From positions 62,001-126,000 of the forward strand of contig CP145418.1 of NCBI GenBank assembly GCA_036867785.1: a stretch of 64,000 nt of DNA, written 5' to 3'. Under the pieces are notes generated by a model. It worked only from the letters and a program-made list of their open reading frames with translations. It did no database searches and was not told the origin of the DNA. This DNA comes from Plasmodiophora brassicae (lineage: Eukaryota). Below are positions 38,157 to 50,822 of the stretch, piece by piece (within the stretch, counting starts at the first letter, position 1; each line of letters opens with the position of its first letter). The position numbers and the translations under genes are program-made.

Positions 38157-38665
38157 CCTGCTTTGGCGACGATGTACCTGGATATCAAGGGTTCGCTCCC
38201 CGGAACGGGTACGCAGGGCAGATTCATTACTATCGGGGCCGATCTTCGATGGCTGTGCCGAATCGAACCATGTACGTGCTCTTTCACTACTGCCCACGTC
38301 TACCTGCGTCTACAGATACTACTGACTGGATGACTCGCATCACCTGGGCGACATGCCATTGCAGGCGGGAAGGTCATTGCTCTGGCAATCGCGAACGAAC
38401 CGACGACGACACGACTGTAGAAACGGAACGGCAGCTGTGGCTGGACGCCAGGACGGCGAGACACCAGGTGCCAGTTTACGGATGACTGTACCAGGTTGCT
38501 AGTGCCTAGGCGTACCACCGCTGGAGACGGTGGCCTCGACAGTCTGTCCTTGGCGATGCCGTGCGGTCCCCTTCTGCTGTCCGTCTCCGGCTCGGCACAG
38601 TGTCGCCAGTCGGGTACAGGCTGGCGATGGGTCTGGACCAGCGGGCATTAGCAAGAGGCGCCACC

Positions 38666-41600
38666 ATGTCGACTATGCTGCGCGTCGTCGTGATCTTCGT
38701 GCTAGCCGCCGCTCCAGCCATCGGCAGCGAGTGCCCGTGCAAGAACCGGTCTGCCGTTAGCCTCGTCCTGCTCCAGTACGGAGATCCAACCAGCGACCGC
38801 CCGTTCGCGGTACCGCCTGGGCGACACGTGCACACACCAGCTACGATACCTAACTGCTCCCTGCGTTCAGCAAACGTTGGCCGGGTTCCTGGAAGGCGGC
38901 AAGGCCATGCGAGTCCGCGCGACGCCGATCCACATCAACCCAGCGCTTCGCGCGACGAACAGCTTGCCGGGGACCACCACCTTCATGAACCAGCACCTGG
39001 ACGCGATCGCCAGTATGGATCCGCCGCCGAGCGGCGTCATCCTGCCGCTGCCCAACTACCCTGCCATCGCCAGTAAGCTGTCGGTCCTGGTCAGCAAGGG
39101 CATCCCCGTCATTTCGTTCGGGTCGGGATGGTCGGTGGTCAAGAACATGGCGAACCCGCCGACCCTGTTTCACATGGGGGCCGACGAGGTCGCCACCGGG
39201 AAGTCAGCGGGCGGGCTGGCGGCGCGTATCGGCGGGCACCGTGCCATGTGCCTGTACGACCAGTCGGACGACGTCGCCCTCACCGACCGGTGCTCCGGGT
39301 TCGCCCGCGGGTTCAACACGTCCTGCGCGTCGACGGTCGACGCCTGCCCAACGCAGTCGCTGCTGATCGACAGCAGCGACCTGACCGCCATGCAGATCAT
39401 GCTGCAGGACGCGATCGCGGCGAACGCGAACCTGAACGTCGTCGTCGTCAGCACGGGTGCCATTGCCGCGGCCGTCGTCAGGTTGATCGGCAACATGGCC
39501 CTGCCGTACAAGATCTACGTCGGCTGCTTCATCAGCGACCAGTACACGGACGCGTTGCTGGCGTCGGAATCGCTCTTCTTCGCCGTGTCCCGCCAGGAGT
39601 ACCTGATGGGGTACCTGGCCGCCACGCTCCTGCAGTACTACGTCACCACAGGGCAGAAGTTCGCCAACCCAACCATCTCCACCGGGCCCGTCTTCCTCAC
39701 GCCCGGGTACACCGCCCCGAAGACGGCGTCCATCGACAACGTGCTGGTCGAGCAAGTCGTGCACGGTAACGGCGGCGCGGCGCAAACGGGTCAGCGTCGC
39801 GCTGACGGCACCCACCTGCACAGGCCGAGCCATTGACCCGTTCTGGGGCGTGTACGCGACGGGCGCCAGTGAGGCGGCCCGAGACGTCGGCCTGAGGTTC
39901 GTCAACTGCGACGTCGCCGGGTCGGTCTGCGACGGCACCCGGCGCACGCTGACGTACCGTTCGCCCGGCAACCAGTTCGACCTGACGACCATGGCCACGA
40001 AGCTGCTGACGTCGGCGTCAAACGCGCCGAACGCGATGATCCTATCGGACCCGAGCACGCAGGTCCTGGGCTCCACCATCAACCAGGTCGTGAAGACCAA
40101 CGGGATCCCGGCGGTCGGCGTCAATGCGGGAGGCAACGACGCCGAAAGCCTCGGCCTGCTCATGTTTGTACGTCATGATCAGCGCTGACGGTCGCCCTCC
40201 CATGGGATCCTGAACCCGTGCCCAGTTCGGGTCGAACGAGCCCATCGCCGGACAGGCTGCTGGAAAGCAGCTGGGCATTGCAGGTGTCACCAAGGCCCTC
40301 TGCGTCAACCACGAGCTCGGTTGGCCTCCCCGCACGTCGGATGCACGCCTGGGCTGACCCATGCGTCGTCCTACACAGGGAACTCGGCGCTGACGCAACG
40401 CTGCCAAGGCCTGGGCACTGGTCTGGCTGCCTACCGGGGCGTTAGCGACCCGACGACAGTGTACACGATGCTGCCCATCTCCCTGACGGATGTCTCCGGC
40501 ACGGCAACGGCCATCACAGCAGCGCTGCAGAACGACCCGTCCATCAATGGTGTCCTGGTGCTCGGTTCGGCCGCGGTTTCCAGCGTTCTGCTCCCGCTCC
40601 AGCAAGCGGGTTGGGTCGCTGGCCACCCGAGCACCGACCGCGTCAAGGCCATCGGCTCGTTCGACCTGGACGGGCCGTTGCAGGCGGCCATTCAGGCCGG
40701 GTACGTCCTGTTCACTGTTCTCCAGCAGCAGCACATGCAGGTCGGTTGCTGCATCCGCTCTCGGTAGGGCATACCGCTAAACAGTTCGAACAACCAGGCC
40801 TACATGCCCGGCATCGCGATGACGTTGCGTTCGTCGACCGGCCTGAACCTTCTGGAGTCCTGGATCCTGACGGGACCCTCCCTCATGACGAACGTCGGTC
40901 GCTCGTGCGCGCTCGTCGGCCGCGCCTGCCCCTGACCTGTGCACTAGTCGTCGATCGCCGCAGTGAACTGTCAGGGCGAGCCTGCTTGTCCTTCATCGAT
41001 GGAGTACAACGTGGCCGCGTCAGAGTCGTCGTGCCCGCGTCCAGAGGTACGCCAGTGCGGCGTGATGACGCGCGATGGATGGGACCCTGGTTCTGACGGG
41101 TGGCATTGCGCGTCGCAGTGGGCCGGTGACGGGTGGTGCGATGCGATCAACAACGTCCCTGGCTGCTACGACGGCGGCGACTGCTGCTCGTCGACCTGTG
41201 TATCGAAGACCGACTACTTCCAGTGCGGGTCCGACCTGTACGGGCAGGGCACGAACAGGTTCAACTGCCTGGATCGCAGCACGGTCGAGGGCGAGGCCAT
41301 CTACTGCAACGCGCACCTGTCCGACCCGACGTGCGTCAGCACGGCCACCAAGTACATGCCGGCCGGCGTCGCTGCTATGTTCATCGCCCTGGCCTGCACT
41401 GCCATCGCTTGCCAAGGTGTGAGGCGTATGCATCATGCCTTGCGCTAACTGACGACCGTCCGCCCTACTGCTTGGCTGGATCGCAAGCCAGCGCAAGACG
41501 AGGACGCTCTTCTACGCGTCGCCCCCAATGCTGGCCGCGAGTCTGGCCGGTGGCATCCTGGCCGGTGTGTTCGCGCTCCTGACGTCGGTGACGCAAACGG

Positions 41601-42595
41601 CGAGCATTTGCACGGCGCGGGCGTACCTGGCCCCGATCGCCGTCACGCTTGCGCTCTCGCCCAACACGCTCAAACTCTTCCGCTTCTACAAAGTAAGGGG
41701 GGCGAATGGGTGTGAACCGTTCTGCGCGCATGGGGTTCACTCGTAATCGTCGCCCAGATCTTTAGGAACAAGACGATGAAGGTGGTGAAGATCCCGAACG
41801 CTCAGCTCCTACTGGGCGTCGCTGCGCTGCTCGTCGCCGACATTGTCGTCGTGTCAATCTGGGTTGGGGCGTCGCCGTTCACGATGAATCTGCGCACGCC
41901 AAACACGTGTCTGTCGCCGCTGGACACACGCTTCGTGATCGCCCTTGTCGTTCTGAAAGCGCCGCTGTTCCTTTCGGCAATGTACTTCTCGAACAGCCTC
42001 TCCCGTACGACCTCAAAGAGCTTCGACGTGTTCAAGGTCGACGTTGGCGCCATCACGACGTTCCTGTGGGTTGCGGTCATCTCCTTCGCCATGATCATTG
42101 TGGTCATCGTGGTCGTGGGCACGTCGGCGAACGGGACTGTGCTCGCTCTTCAGACGGCCGCCGCCGTTATCATTGCCGGTCGGTGCCATTCGGATGGATA
42201 CTCGCCGTTCTGACCCATGGGAACGTCTAGCTGGGCCGACGTTCCTGACGGTGCAACGTGGCATCATCGTGTTGCAGGACGCACGTGACGCCAGCAAGAC
42301 GAAGGTCACTGTGAAGAACTTCTCGGGGCTGGGCACGATTTCCGGCACGCAGCGGCCTGCATCGACGTCGATCGGTAAACCGGCCGGCGCATCCGATGAG
42401 GACGCGACCAGCGGGGAGCACAAATCGCTGGCGGCCGCCATCGCCGACCTGAAGGGCCAGCTCGATCGCGCCACGCTCGACTTTGAGACCAAGATGAACG
42501 TCATGCTGCGCGCGCAGGAGAAACTCGACGCCATCCGCGACGAGTACATGCGCCTCGTCGTCGAGCAGGAGTACCAGGAGGCACACGGCAAGTGA
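38666..42595 (+). CDS. Class C (GABA-B-like) GPCR: signal peptide, two periplasmic sugar-binding-type domains, LNR-like Cys-rich module, 7TM, C-terminal coiled coil; multi-exon
   Basis: Signal peptide MSTMLRVVVIFVLAAAPAIG; two repeats with GIPVISF/GIPAVGVN, ALTDRCSGF/ALTQRCQGL, QEYLMGY/QQHMQAY and DPFWG; WAGDGWCDAINNVPGCYDGGDCC; 7TM with ASPP, CTARAYL, KLFRFYKIF; heptad-rich tail. Confidence 0.82.
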
Positions 42596-42767
42596 AACCC
42601 GCCGCCCGCCATCCGATGGCGCAGGCCAGACATCTCCTCGTTCCACGAATCCTTTTCGTTTCAATTGTGCTGGTAAACAGCTGCGCTCAGAACGCGTTCT
42701 ACCAGGTGTGTTCGCACAGGGGGGGGGGGCACACAAGCGAGTTCGGAGCGCAATGGCGTTGGGCGAT

Positions 42768-45700
42768 TTAAGTAGAAGTCGTCGCTTCCGGCGCGTGCTG
42801 GGGCGCCTGTTGCCGGGATGGCCGGGGACCTTCGATACCCGCGACCATCTGCCGGGTTGTTCGTCTGGACGGGCGTGGCGCATCGCTGCGTCGCGGCGCA
42901 TCAGCGACGTTCTTGGCGTCGTTCGCCCGCTCGGCGCCGTCGTCCTCGTCGTCGTCCGGGTCCTCGAAATCGTCGTCGTTGTCGCCCTGGATCTTGCGGA
43001 CGATCACCTTGAGCAGGTCGAGCGGCAGGACGATCAGGATGGCCCACATCCAGGCCAGCGCCGCCAGCCTCCACGAGATGCCCATGAACATGGTCCGGAT
43101 GGAGAACATGGTGACCGGGCCGAAGCCGTACACGCCGATGAACGTCGCGATCGTCTGCGCCAGGAAGAACGCCGCCAGCATCGCCCGTGGCGGCCGCGAC
43201 GCGAACACGGAGCCGCGCGTGCGCGTCACGAAGATCGTCAGCTGGCTGCTGACGCTGACGATGATGAAGATCAGGGCGCGCAGGCGCGCCAGGCGCCCTT
43301 GCTGGATGTGGCAGACCTCGACGGCCAGCGCCTCGTGACATGGCCACATGATGTCGCCCTGCAGGCTGTACGTCTGCTTGTAGTACTCCCAGATCGCGTC
43401 GTCGTACGACACGCGGGGCGGCACCGGGCGTAGGAAGTTGCCCGCCTCGCACGGGGACAGGTCGGCGCGCGGGAACCGGAGCTCCCAGTTGCAGTACGGG
43501 TCGCTGTCCGGCCCGACCCGGTACGTCCCGTCGAACGCCTGCAGCGGCTGCACGCCGAACACCTTCGGGAACAGGGGCGTGTTGCGCGCCAGCGAGAACA
43601 GGATGATGGTGGCGAACGCGAGCCAGAGGGCGGCGACGGCCGCTTGGCCGATGACGCGCCCCAGGCGCCATCGCTGCGGGCGCCGGGCGACGCGCTGCCG
43701 GTCGGTGGCGATGACGACCATGGTGGCATCGTTGACGACGACGATGAAGATGACGGCCGTGGCCGGGTAGTACCAGTTGTACGCGATCGTCAGCAGGCCG
43801 AACGTCAGGGCGATGCGCAGGGCGGACGCCATCGAGTACGTCGCGTACGCGCGCATCCGCGCCATGGCCTGGCGCGACAGGCGGATCGCGGCCGCCAGCG
43901 ACGACAGCCCCGGGCGCACCGACACGAAGTCGGCGGCCGACCGCGCCGGCGCCGTCGCGCCCGCCAGCGCCACGCCCACGTCCGCGTGCGACATGGCGGG
44001 CGCGTGCGACCCGGACGTGCCGGTCGCGGCGACGATCGGCGCCTCGTCGCGCGCGTCCTCCTCCTCCGTCGGCGGCTCGGCGTCCGGGTCGGCGCCGGCC
44101 TGCGCCGGCGCACTGCGCAGCGACTGCAGCGCCTTGATGCCGTCGACGATCGTCACGTACTGCTCGGACTTGACGCTGGCGTAGTTCGTCCCCGCCGGGT
44201 CGTCTCCGATCGTGAACGTCTCCGACGCCACCTTGACGGGCAGCGCCGGCAGGCCGACCCGACCGACCAGGTCGGCGACGGCGTCGGCCCCGTCCGCGGA
44301 CACGACCATGGCCCGAACGTGGAGGTTGTCGACGACGTCTTTCGCGGCGGACGTGTCGTCGTTGTTGCCGCTGCCGCCGCTGCTGCTGCTGCTGTCGTCG
44401 TCGCCTTCGCGCAGGACGGCGACGCCGACAAGCTCCCAGTTGACGTCGCCGAACGGCATATCGGTCGGGTCGCGACTGACGCCGACACCGACGCAGACGA
44501 CGCCGCGCTGCTCTTGCAGGGCGTAGACGTCGTCCAGGACGCGCTGCCGGTCGTCGTCGCCGAGGTACCCGTCCATGCTGACGACGACGTGCGGTGTGCC
44601 GATCGCGACGCGGAACGTGTTGCCGTTGGCGCGCACGCGCACCGAGGCCACGGCGCGTTGCGTTTCAGGCGACCAGGGTAGGCGGTGCGTCAGCTCCAGC
44701 TCGCGCCACAGGTCGTCCGCCTGCGGGCACGCCTCCAGGATCGCGTCCCGTTCCCGGTCGCGATCGTCGTCGCCCGTCCTCGTTGTCGGCATGCCGACCG
44801 CCGCGTAGAACACGACCTCGTCGGGCGAGAACGCGCTCGATGCGATACAGGCGCCGTCGTCGAGGCGCAACGGGCGCTGGACCGGGTCGTGCCCGTCCGA
44901 CGTGATCGCGATGACGTCCATGCCGGACAGCCGGTCGATGGCCTGCAGGCGTCGAGCGACGAACGCGAACTTGGCCATGGCGATGGCGGCGACGGCGCGC
45001 GTCACGCCCAGGACGATCGGCATCGCCAGCGGCATGGCACCGACGATGACGACGAGCGTGTTGCTGACCAGCGACTTCCACGGCTGCTGCCGGGAGCGGC
45101 TGACGGCGATCTCGACGACGACGATGACGCTGGCGCAGGCGACCAGAACGGCCGCCATCTTGGACAGCGTCGGCGCCCGTGCCGGCGGCTCGGCGCTGAT
45201 CGCCTTTAGGTGCCGACCGTAGACCGTGTCGGGCCCGGTGGCGACGACGATTGCCTCCGCCGTCCCCGACAGGATCGTGGCGCCCGCCAGCAGCAGCTTG
45301 CCGGGCGCCTTCTCCACCGGCGCCGTCTGCGACGTCACCGGGAACAGGTCGACGCGCACGGCCCCCTGCGTCGTGATGAGGCAGTCGGCGGGCACGACGT
45401 CGCCGGGCCTCAGGTCGAGGATGTCGCCGGGGATGACGCGCGACGCCGGGACGGTTCGCCAGGTTCCCGATCGCTTCACGGTGCTGTCGGCGGGCAGCTG
45501 GCCGTCCAGGGCGCCCAGGAGGCCGGCGTGGCGCAGGGCGGTGTAGTACGACAGGACGGCGTGCAGGACGCAGAGCAGGGCGATGACGACGCCGTCCGAG
45601 ATGTTCCCGAGGCCGAACGACAGGAACGCCGCCAGGGCCATCAGCAGCGACAGCGGGTGGAAGACGGCGCGGACGGCGCGACGCGGGCGGGAATCGGGGC

Positions 45701-45962
45701 GCACGCGCTTGAGCAGGTCGTTCGACCCGGCGGTGAAGCGTTTGAGGATGGCGGACGACTCGTCGACGCCGTCGGCGAGCGACGAGCCGAACTGGGCGAC
45801 GATCTCGTCCAGGGGTCTGCGCTCCCAGTACAGAGCGTCGAGGTCGCTGACCGCGACTGGGTTGGATGAGGGGTCGGCGTCCGGCCGTGGCGTTTGTTGT
45901 TGCTGCGGCTGCGCTTGTGGCGGCGGCCGATCCCGGCCGTCGTCGCCGGCATCGCCCTCCAT
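42768..45962 (-). CDS. P-type IIIA (plasma-membrane H+) ATPase-like protein with degenerate catalytic motifs, intronless 1064 aa
   Basis: PGDILDLRPGDVVPAD, VVATGPDTVYGR, GAMPLAMPIVL, APAMSHADVGVALAGATAPARSAAD, SRQAMARMRAYATY, VVNDATMVVIATD and IFVTRT all follow the P3A layout. DKTGT, TGES and GDGVND are absent. Confidence 0.85.
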   Translation of the reverse strand: MEGDAGDDGRDRPPPQAQPQQQQTPRPDADPSSNPVAVSDLDALYWERRPLDEIVAQFGSSLADGVDESSAILKRFTAGSNDLLKRVRPDSRPRRAVRAVFHPLSLLMALAAFLSFGLGNISDGVVIALLCVLHAVLSYYTALRHAGLLGALDGQLPADSTVKRSGTWRTVPASRVIPGDILDLRPGDVVPADCLITTQGAVRVDLFPVTSQTAPVEKAPGKLLLAGATILSGTAEAIVVATGPDTVYGRHLKAISAEPPARAPTLSKMAAVLVACASVIVVVEIAVSRSRQQPWKSLVSNTLVVIVGAMPLAMPIVLGVTRAVAAIAMAKFAFVARRLQAIDRLSGMDVIAITSDGHDPVQRPLRLDDGACIASSAFSPDEVVFYAAVGMPTTRTGDDDRDRERDAILEACPQADDLWRELELTHRLPWSPETQRAVASVRVRANGNTFRVAIGTPHVVVSMDGYLGDDDRQRVLDDVYALQEQRGVVCVGVGVSRDPTDMPFGDVNWELVGVAVLREGDDDSSSSSGGSGNNDDTSAAKDVVDNLHVRAMVVSADGADAVADLVGRVGLPALPVKVASETFTIGDDPAGTNYASVKSEQYVTIVDGIKALQSLRSAPAQAGADPDAEPPTEEEDARDEAPIVAATGTSGSHAPAMSHADVGVALAGATAPARSAADFVSVRPGLSSLAAAIRLSRQAMARMRAYATYSMASALRIALTFGLLTIAYNWYYPATAVIFIVVVNDATMVVIATDRQRVARRPQRWRLGRVIGQAAVAALWLAFATIILFSLARNTPLFPKVFGVQPLQAFDGTYRVGPDSDPYCNWELRFPRADLSPCEAGNFLRPVPPRVSYDDAIWEYYKQTYSLQGDIMWPCHEALAVEVCHIQQGRLARLRALIFIIVSVSSQLTIFVTRTRGSVFASRPPRAMLAAFFLAQTIATFIGVYGFGPVTMFSIRTMFMGISWRLAALAWMWAILIVLPLDLLKVIVRKIQGDNDDDFEDPDDDEDDGAERANDAKNVADAPRRSDAPRPSRRTTRQMVAGIEGPRPSRQQAPQHAPEATTST

Positions 45963-46219
45963 GGCCTGGATGAAAAGTTTTCAAGTGGCCAGAGCCGGCG
46001 TGTCGACCGGAACCATATCGTCGGGTGACACAACGTCGGCGTGACGTCACCGGCGCGACGACGTCACGAGCCGACGTTTCCGAAACGGCCTGCGTTTACA
46101 CAGGTTGTGCACAACCTGTACGCCGCCACGTTGCAATACATAAGGAAAGGTCGGGGGGATCGCCGGAACGGTACCCGGCCGCCGTCGGGGCACTGATCGG
46201 GTCGTGCTCGACGTGGCGA

Positions 46220-49200
46220 ATGCAATTCCTGGGGCGCGGTATGCGCCGACTCGGTGTCGACGCCGCCGACACGACGTTCGACGACCTGCGTCGCGAGCTG
46301 GACAAGGTGACGGCGGCGGCGCCGCCTTCCGCCCCCGACCTGCACCGTGTCGCCGAGCTGAAGCGCGAGGTCGTTGCCGTTCGGCAACGCTTCGTCGAGT
46401 ACGCCGCGCTGCTCCAGGACGTCGTGCTGGATGCCGTCCGCGAGACGCGAACGAAACGCGTCGTCCCGGTTGTCGTGGAGCAGCACACAGGTCATGTCGA
46501 CACGTTCCAGCAACGGTACGACGCCCTGCAACGCGTCATTGCCGACGAGCGGCGCGCGGCGAACCTGCTTCCGCGTGTCGTCGTCAACGTGGAATCGCCG
46601 GGCAATCGTCTGGACGTCATCGTCGAGCTCGCCCAGGCTCGTGCGGAGCATCAGGCACCACGGTGCGGCTGGCAACCGAGCGACAACGCATCCGCTTGCC
46701 AGGACGAGGTCGCCGCGCTTCGTGCTGCCTTGTCCCGCGAGGTGGACCGAAACGCGGCCCTCGTGGCGAACGCGGGCGCGCTCGCACGAACACACGAACG
46801 GGTTCGTGCCCTGGTGGAAGCCGGGTCCACGTCGTCGATGTCGGAGCTCTTGTCGCTGCGATGCGATCTTCAAGCCGGGTTGGCGCGCGAGACGACGCTC
46901 CGCGCGGACCTGGATGATGCCCGGCACGAGGGCGAAGAGCTTCGTCGACGACAGGGCGAACTGGAGTCGTTGCTGAAGGAGAGCAGGAGGAAGGTGTTGG
47001 ACGAAGAGGCGTTGGTGCAGCGTCTGACCACCGAGAGGCGTGAATCGGAGGAGACGTGGCTGGCGCGAATGGAGGCGATGCGGGAGGAGATGCGCGCCGA
47101 GGCGGAACTGTGGAAGGACGAGCAGTCGAAGGAGATGGAGCGGCACCGCCGATCGTTCCGCGAACGGCACCGCCTACTGGACGAGCAGTGCGCCGCCCGG
47201 GAGGCGGCCCTCGCTGAACGCCACGAGAAAGAGATCGCCCAACTGGTGATCCTGCACGACGAGCAGGTCCAGCGCCTCCAGGACGAGATCCGCACGTACG
47301 AAGGCATGGTGCCCGTGGCCGTCGTCAACGACAAAGTCGCCGACGTCGAGTCGCGATGGGCGGATGAGCGCCGCCACTGGGAGGCATCCAGGTCGGCGTC
47401 GCTCGCCGAGCACGAGGACATGCGATCGCAGATCGCGACCCTGCGCGGCCAGCTGCACGAGATCCGGGCCAAGCACGCCGACACGACGAAGGCGCTGCAG
47501 GACGCTCAGGCGGCGACCGTCGCCGACCGGGACAGCGCCGAGCGCCGCGTGCAGGACGCGTGGCGGGCGGCACGCGACGAGGCGCGCGCCGACCTGATCG
47601 CCGAGCGCGACCGCTGGCAGGCGGACCACCAGCAGATCGTGACGGACATGCAGAGCCGCGCGCGGGACGCGATCGCCGCGTACGAACAGGTCTAAGCACG
47701 CGACACCGCGCGCAGTCCGTGGCTGCTGCAGCTCTGACTCGCGGTCGCTGCCAGAAACTGGACGCAGCGGCGGATGTGGCGCGCGCCCTGGACGCGCGCA
47801 TCGGCGAACTGACGGCGGAGCGGGCCCGATCCGCGCATCGCATTGCCGCGCTGGAGGATCAGGTGCGATGCGTGACGGAGGCGGCGACGCAGGCCGACGC
47901 GGACGCACGCGCCGAACGGCACCGCGCGCTGGAGCTCGCTGAGGAGCGTCGCGCTCAGGACCTGGCGGGCGCGGCGCAACAGTACCCACCGCGTCGTTCG
48001 TCCCGGGTCGGACGCCGCGAGGACTCAACCCGATGTGGCAGGTCGGCGGCGGCGCTCGCGCAGGTTCGCGAGGAGGGCCGACGGGCGGTGCTGGAGGCGC
48101 TGGAAGCGGCGCGCGCCGACCTGGACCGGCAGCGGCTCGAGTGGGCACGGGACGCAGACGTACGTCGAGGGCGGCGCGCGTCCGCGCGCTCACGCCTGTC
48201 TGACGCGAGGGCGTCCTCCATCAGGAGCGCCTGCAACGTGAGCTGTCGGCCCGGGAAGCGTCCACGGTCGCCCAGTGGCAGAGCAGAGTCGAGGCCGACG
48301 CCGATCGCATGCGAGCCGTCGTCGAAGGGCACGCCGCGCAGGTCTCCGAAATGTCCAGGTCGGGGGGCGTGTCGAACCCGTCATGGAGGGGGGGCGCCGC
48401 CGTTTGCCTGACGCCACGCGGCACAGCCGACTGGAGGCGGCGCGCGACAAGTTCGAATCCGACCTGAACCGGCAGGTCGCGGCGCACAACGCCGAGGTCG
48501 CCGCCCTGCGATCGCAGATCGACGCGCTGGCGGGCGACGTCGCCAACGAGCGCCTGGCAGCGACGGAAGCGAGGCAACGTACGAACCGTCGGGCGGCTGC
48601 CATGGCGGAACCACTAACCTGGACGAGCACAGGATGCGCCACGCTGGACGCGCTGCGGGTCGACGTCGAATCCGCCGCCCTGGAGCGCGATCGGAAACGG
48701 GCCGAGGAATGGACGGAACAGAAGGCGGAGCTCACGGTCCTCGTTCAACGACAGGCCGAGGAATTCGCCAAGGAGCGCCAGGTCCGAATCGCCGCGTGCC
48801 CTGTACGACGCTAGTGATAACGTTGTCGCCCCCGGCAGGCGCTGCTGAACCGGATCAGCGAGCAGCGCGCTCGACACGCCGAGGAGCACGCCGAGCTGGT
48901 GGAGCGCGCGCGGGACTCACTTCCGGAGGACCGTGAGCGGATCCGGGTGCTGGAGGTGGAGGCGGCCCGGCAGCAGGCGGCCGCCGAGCAGATCGTCAAC
49001 GAGGTGCGGTTCTACAAGCTCGAGCTCGTCAATCGGGACGAGGCGCTCCTGAAGCGCTTCGGCGACCCAGAGCAGAGCCGCTCGCGCCCGTCCGTCCCCG
49101 GCGCCAAGCCGCACCTGGCCAGCGTCCCGAGGCGGAGGCCTCGTGAGGGGCAGCTGCCCGTCGTCGTCAACCTGAACAACCAGGCAGGACTCGGGCCTGG

Positions 49201-49261
49201 GAACGGAGGGGTTCCTCGACCGCGACAGATCATCCAGCATCACTGGTCGTCGTCTAGCTAA
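46220..49261 (+). CDS. Long coiled-coil protein, FAM184-like, multi-exon
   Basis: Extended E/R/A-rich heptads across several exons. C-terminal RFYKLELVNRDE resembles the conserved FAM184 C-terminal motif (recalled, not searched). Confidence 0.6.
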
Positions 49262-49286
49262 ACGATAGCACATTGTATGGGACCCC

Positions 49287-50822
49287 CTACCCCATCTTCA
49301 GGATGTCGGCGGCGATGTCCGTCTCCAGGAACCGATGGAAGGCGGCGTACTCGAGCAAGGCACGAAGCTCGGTCCAGGCGCGGTCGAACACACGGCTGTC
49401 GATATCGATCGAGGGTGCCGGCCGCGTGTCGACCTGGGCGCCCGGCTCGAACAGGTTCACGTAGGCGCGGCGAAGCGCACTGGAGATGTTGATCTCGAAG
49501 GGCGCGCCGATCCGGATGAACGTGGTGTAGATCGTGTGCGCGTCGACGACGACCTCGTCGGCCACGATGCGTAGTGGGTCGGTCCATTCGGGTTCCATCA
49601 GCGCTACAATCGATGAATCGCTTCGTTCGCCTGTTGCTGTTGTCGTTGTTGTTGTTGTTGACATTGCAGACAGCAGCGGCCGATCGTGCTGTACTTTGGA
49701 CCATTTCCTGATGAACTGTCGGCGCGCCTCGTGGAACAGCATGGACTCGACGGCGAACTCCTTCTGCAGGTACTCGGTGAAGGCGAGGCGGATCATGTCG
49801 ACCTCGAGTAGCTGGTCCATGCGGCCGTACTGTGGCCCGACACGCGCGTTGGCGCGCCGCGCCCAGTAGACCGGCATTAGCAGCGATACACTGGTCGTCA
49901 CCTTTGTCACGATCCACGTCGACAACCGCTTCATTGGCGTATGCTGTCCGTCTATCCGATACGATTTGCACCCATTAGGACGACCCATATCGAACGTCGA
50001 GTGAGGGACAGGCGCCTACCGATGGGCGGGACGCAGTAGTTGGCGACAATGGTGCCCACGATGCCTATGACGGAAACGGCTGTGATCTCCAGCTGTCCAG
50101 ACGCCGACTCAGTCCCGTTAACCCATGATGGAAGGTTGCGCGTCACCGCGAACTTTGATATGGAACGCATCGTGGCAATTGCCCAGCTGCAGGATGATGA
50201 CAAAGACCATGATCAGGTGCAGGAGGATGACGCTGTTGTTGAATTGTGTGAAGGCGCCGGGCAGGGCGGGCATGCCCTGGCATTCCGCATAGGCAACGGC
50301 CATAACGACGACGTCGATGGCCATCAACCCGAGGAGCACTTTGAACCAGAACGCTTCCTTCACCAAATAGGGACGTGTGGCGAACAGCATATCGGTTCGG
50401 CTGGCCTGGCCCTGCTCAGGATGCGGTTGCACAGACGAGGCAATACGCAAGACAGTGTGCTGCTGTGCAACGGCACCGGTATGGGCGAAGGTGGTGGCGC
50501 TCAGCAGCACTTTCGCCCTCGTCCGCCGATAGTTGCAGTACAGGAACGCGGTGCGCACCAAGGTGCCATGCAGGGGCGTCAGGTTGAAGACGACGGCGGC
50601 GATCAGACTGGCCAGGATCGACTCGGGGTATTGGCTGGCGACCCAGTCGCTATACGGGATCAGGGCGACCAGCACCTCGATGACGATCACGATCGTCGGA
50701 TGCCGCTCCCGGATCGGCGTCCGGTCCCAGTGCCGGACGAAGGCCACGAACATCGCCAGCAGGACCGTGCAATCGTACGCCAGGAAGCCGACCAGCTCCA
50801 CCTGGTCGTCGTGGCTCACCAT
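49287..50822 (-). CDS. 7TM-RGS protein, tandem copy A (two introns)
   Basis: MVSHDDQVEL... TM helices, NCHDAFHIK, then RGS FTEYLQKEFAVESMLF...FIRIGAPFEINISS...FDRAWTEL...AFHRFLET. Confidence 0.88.
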
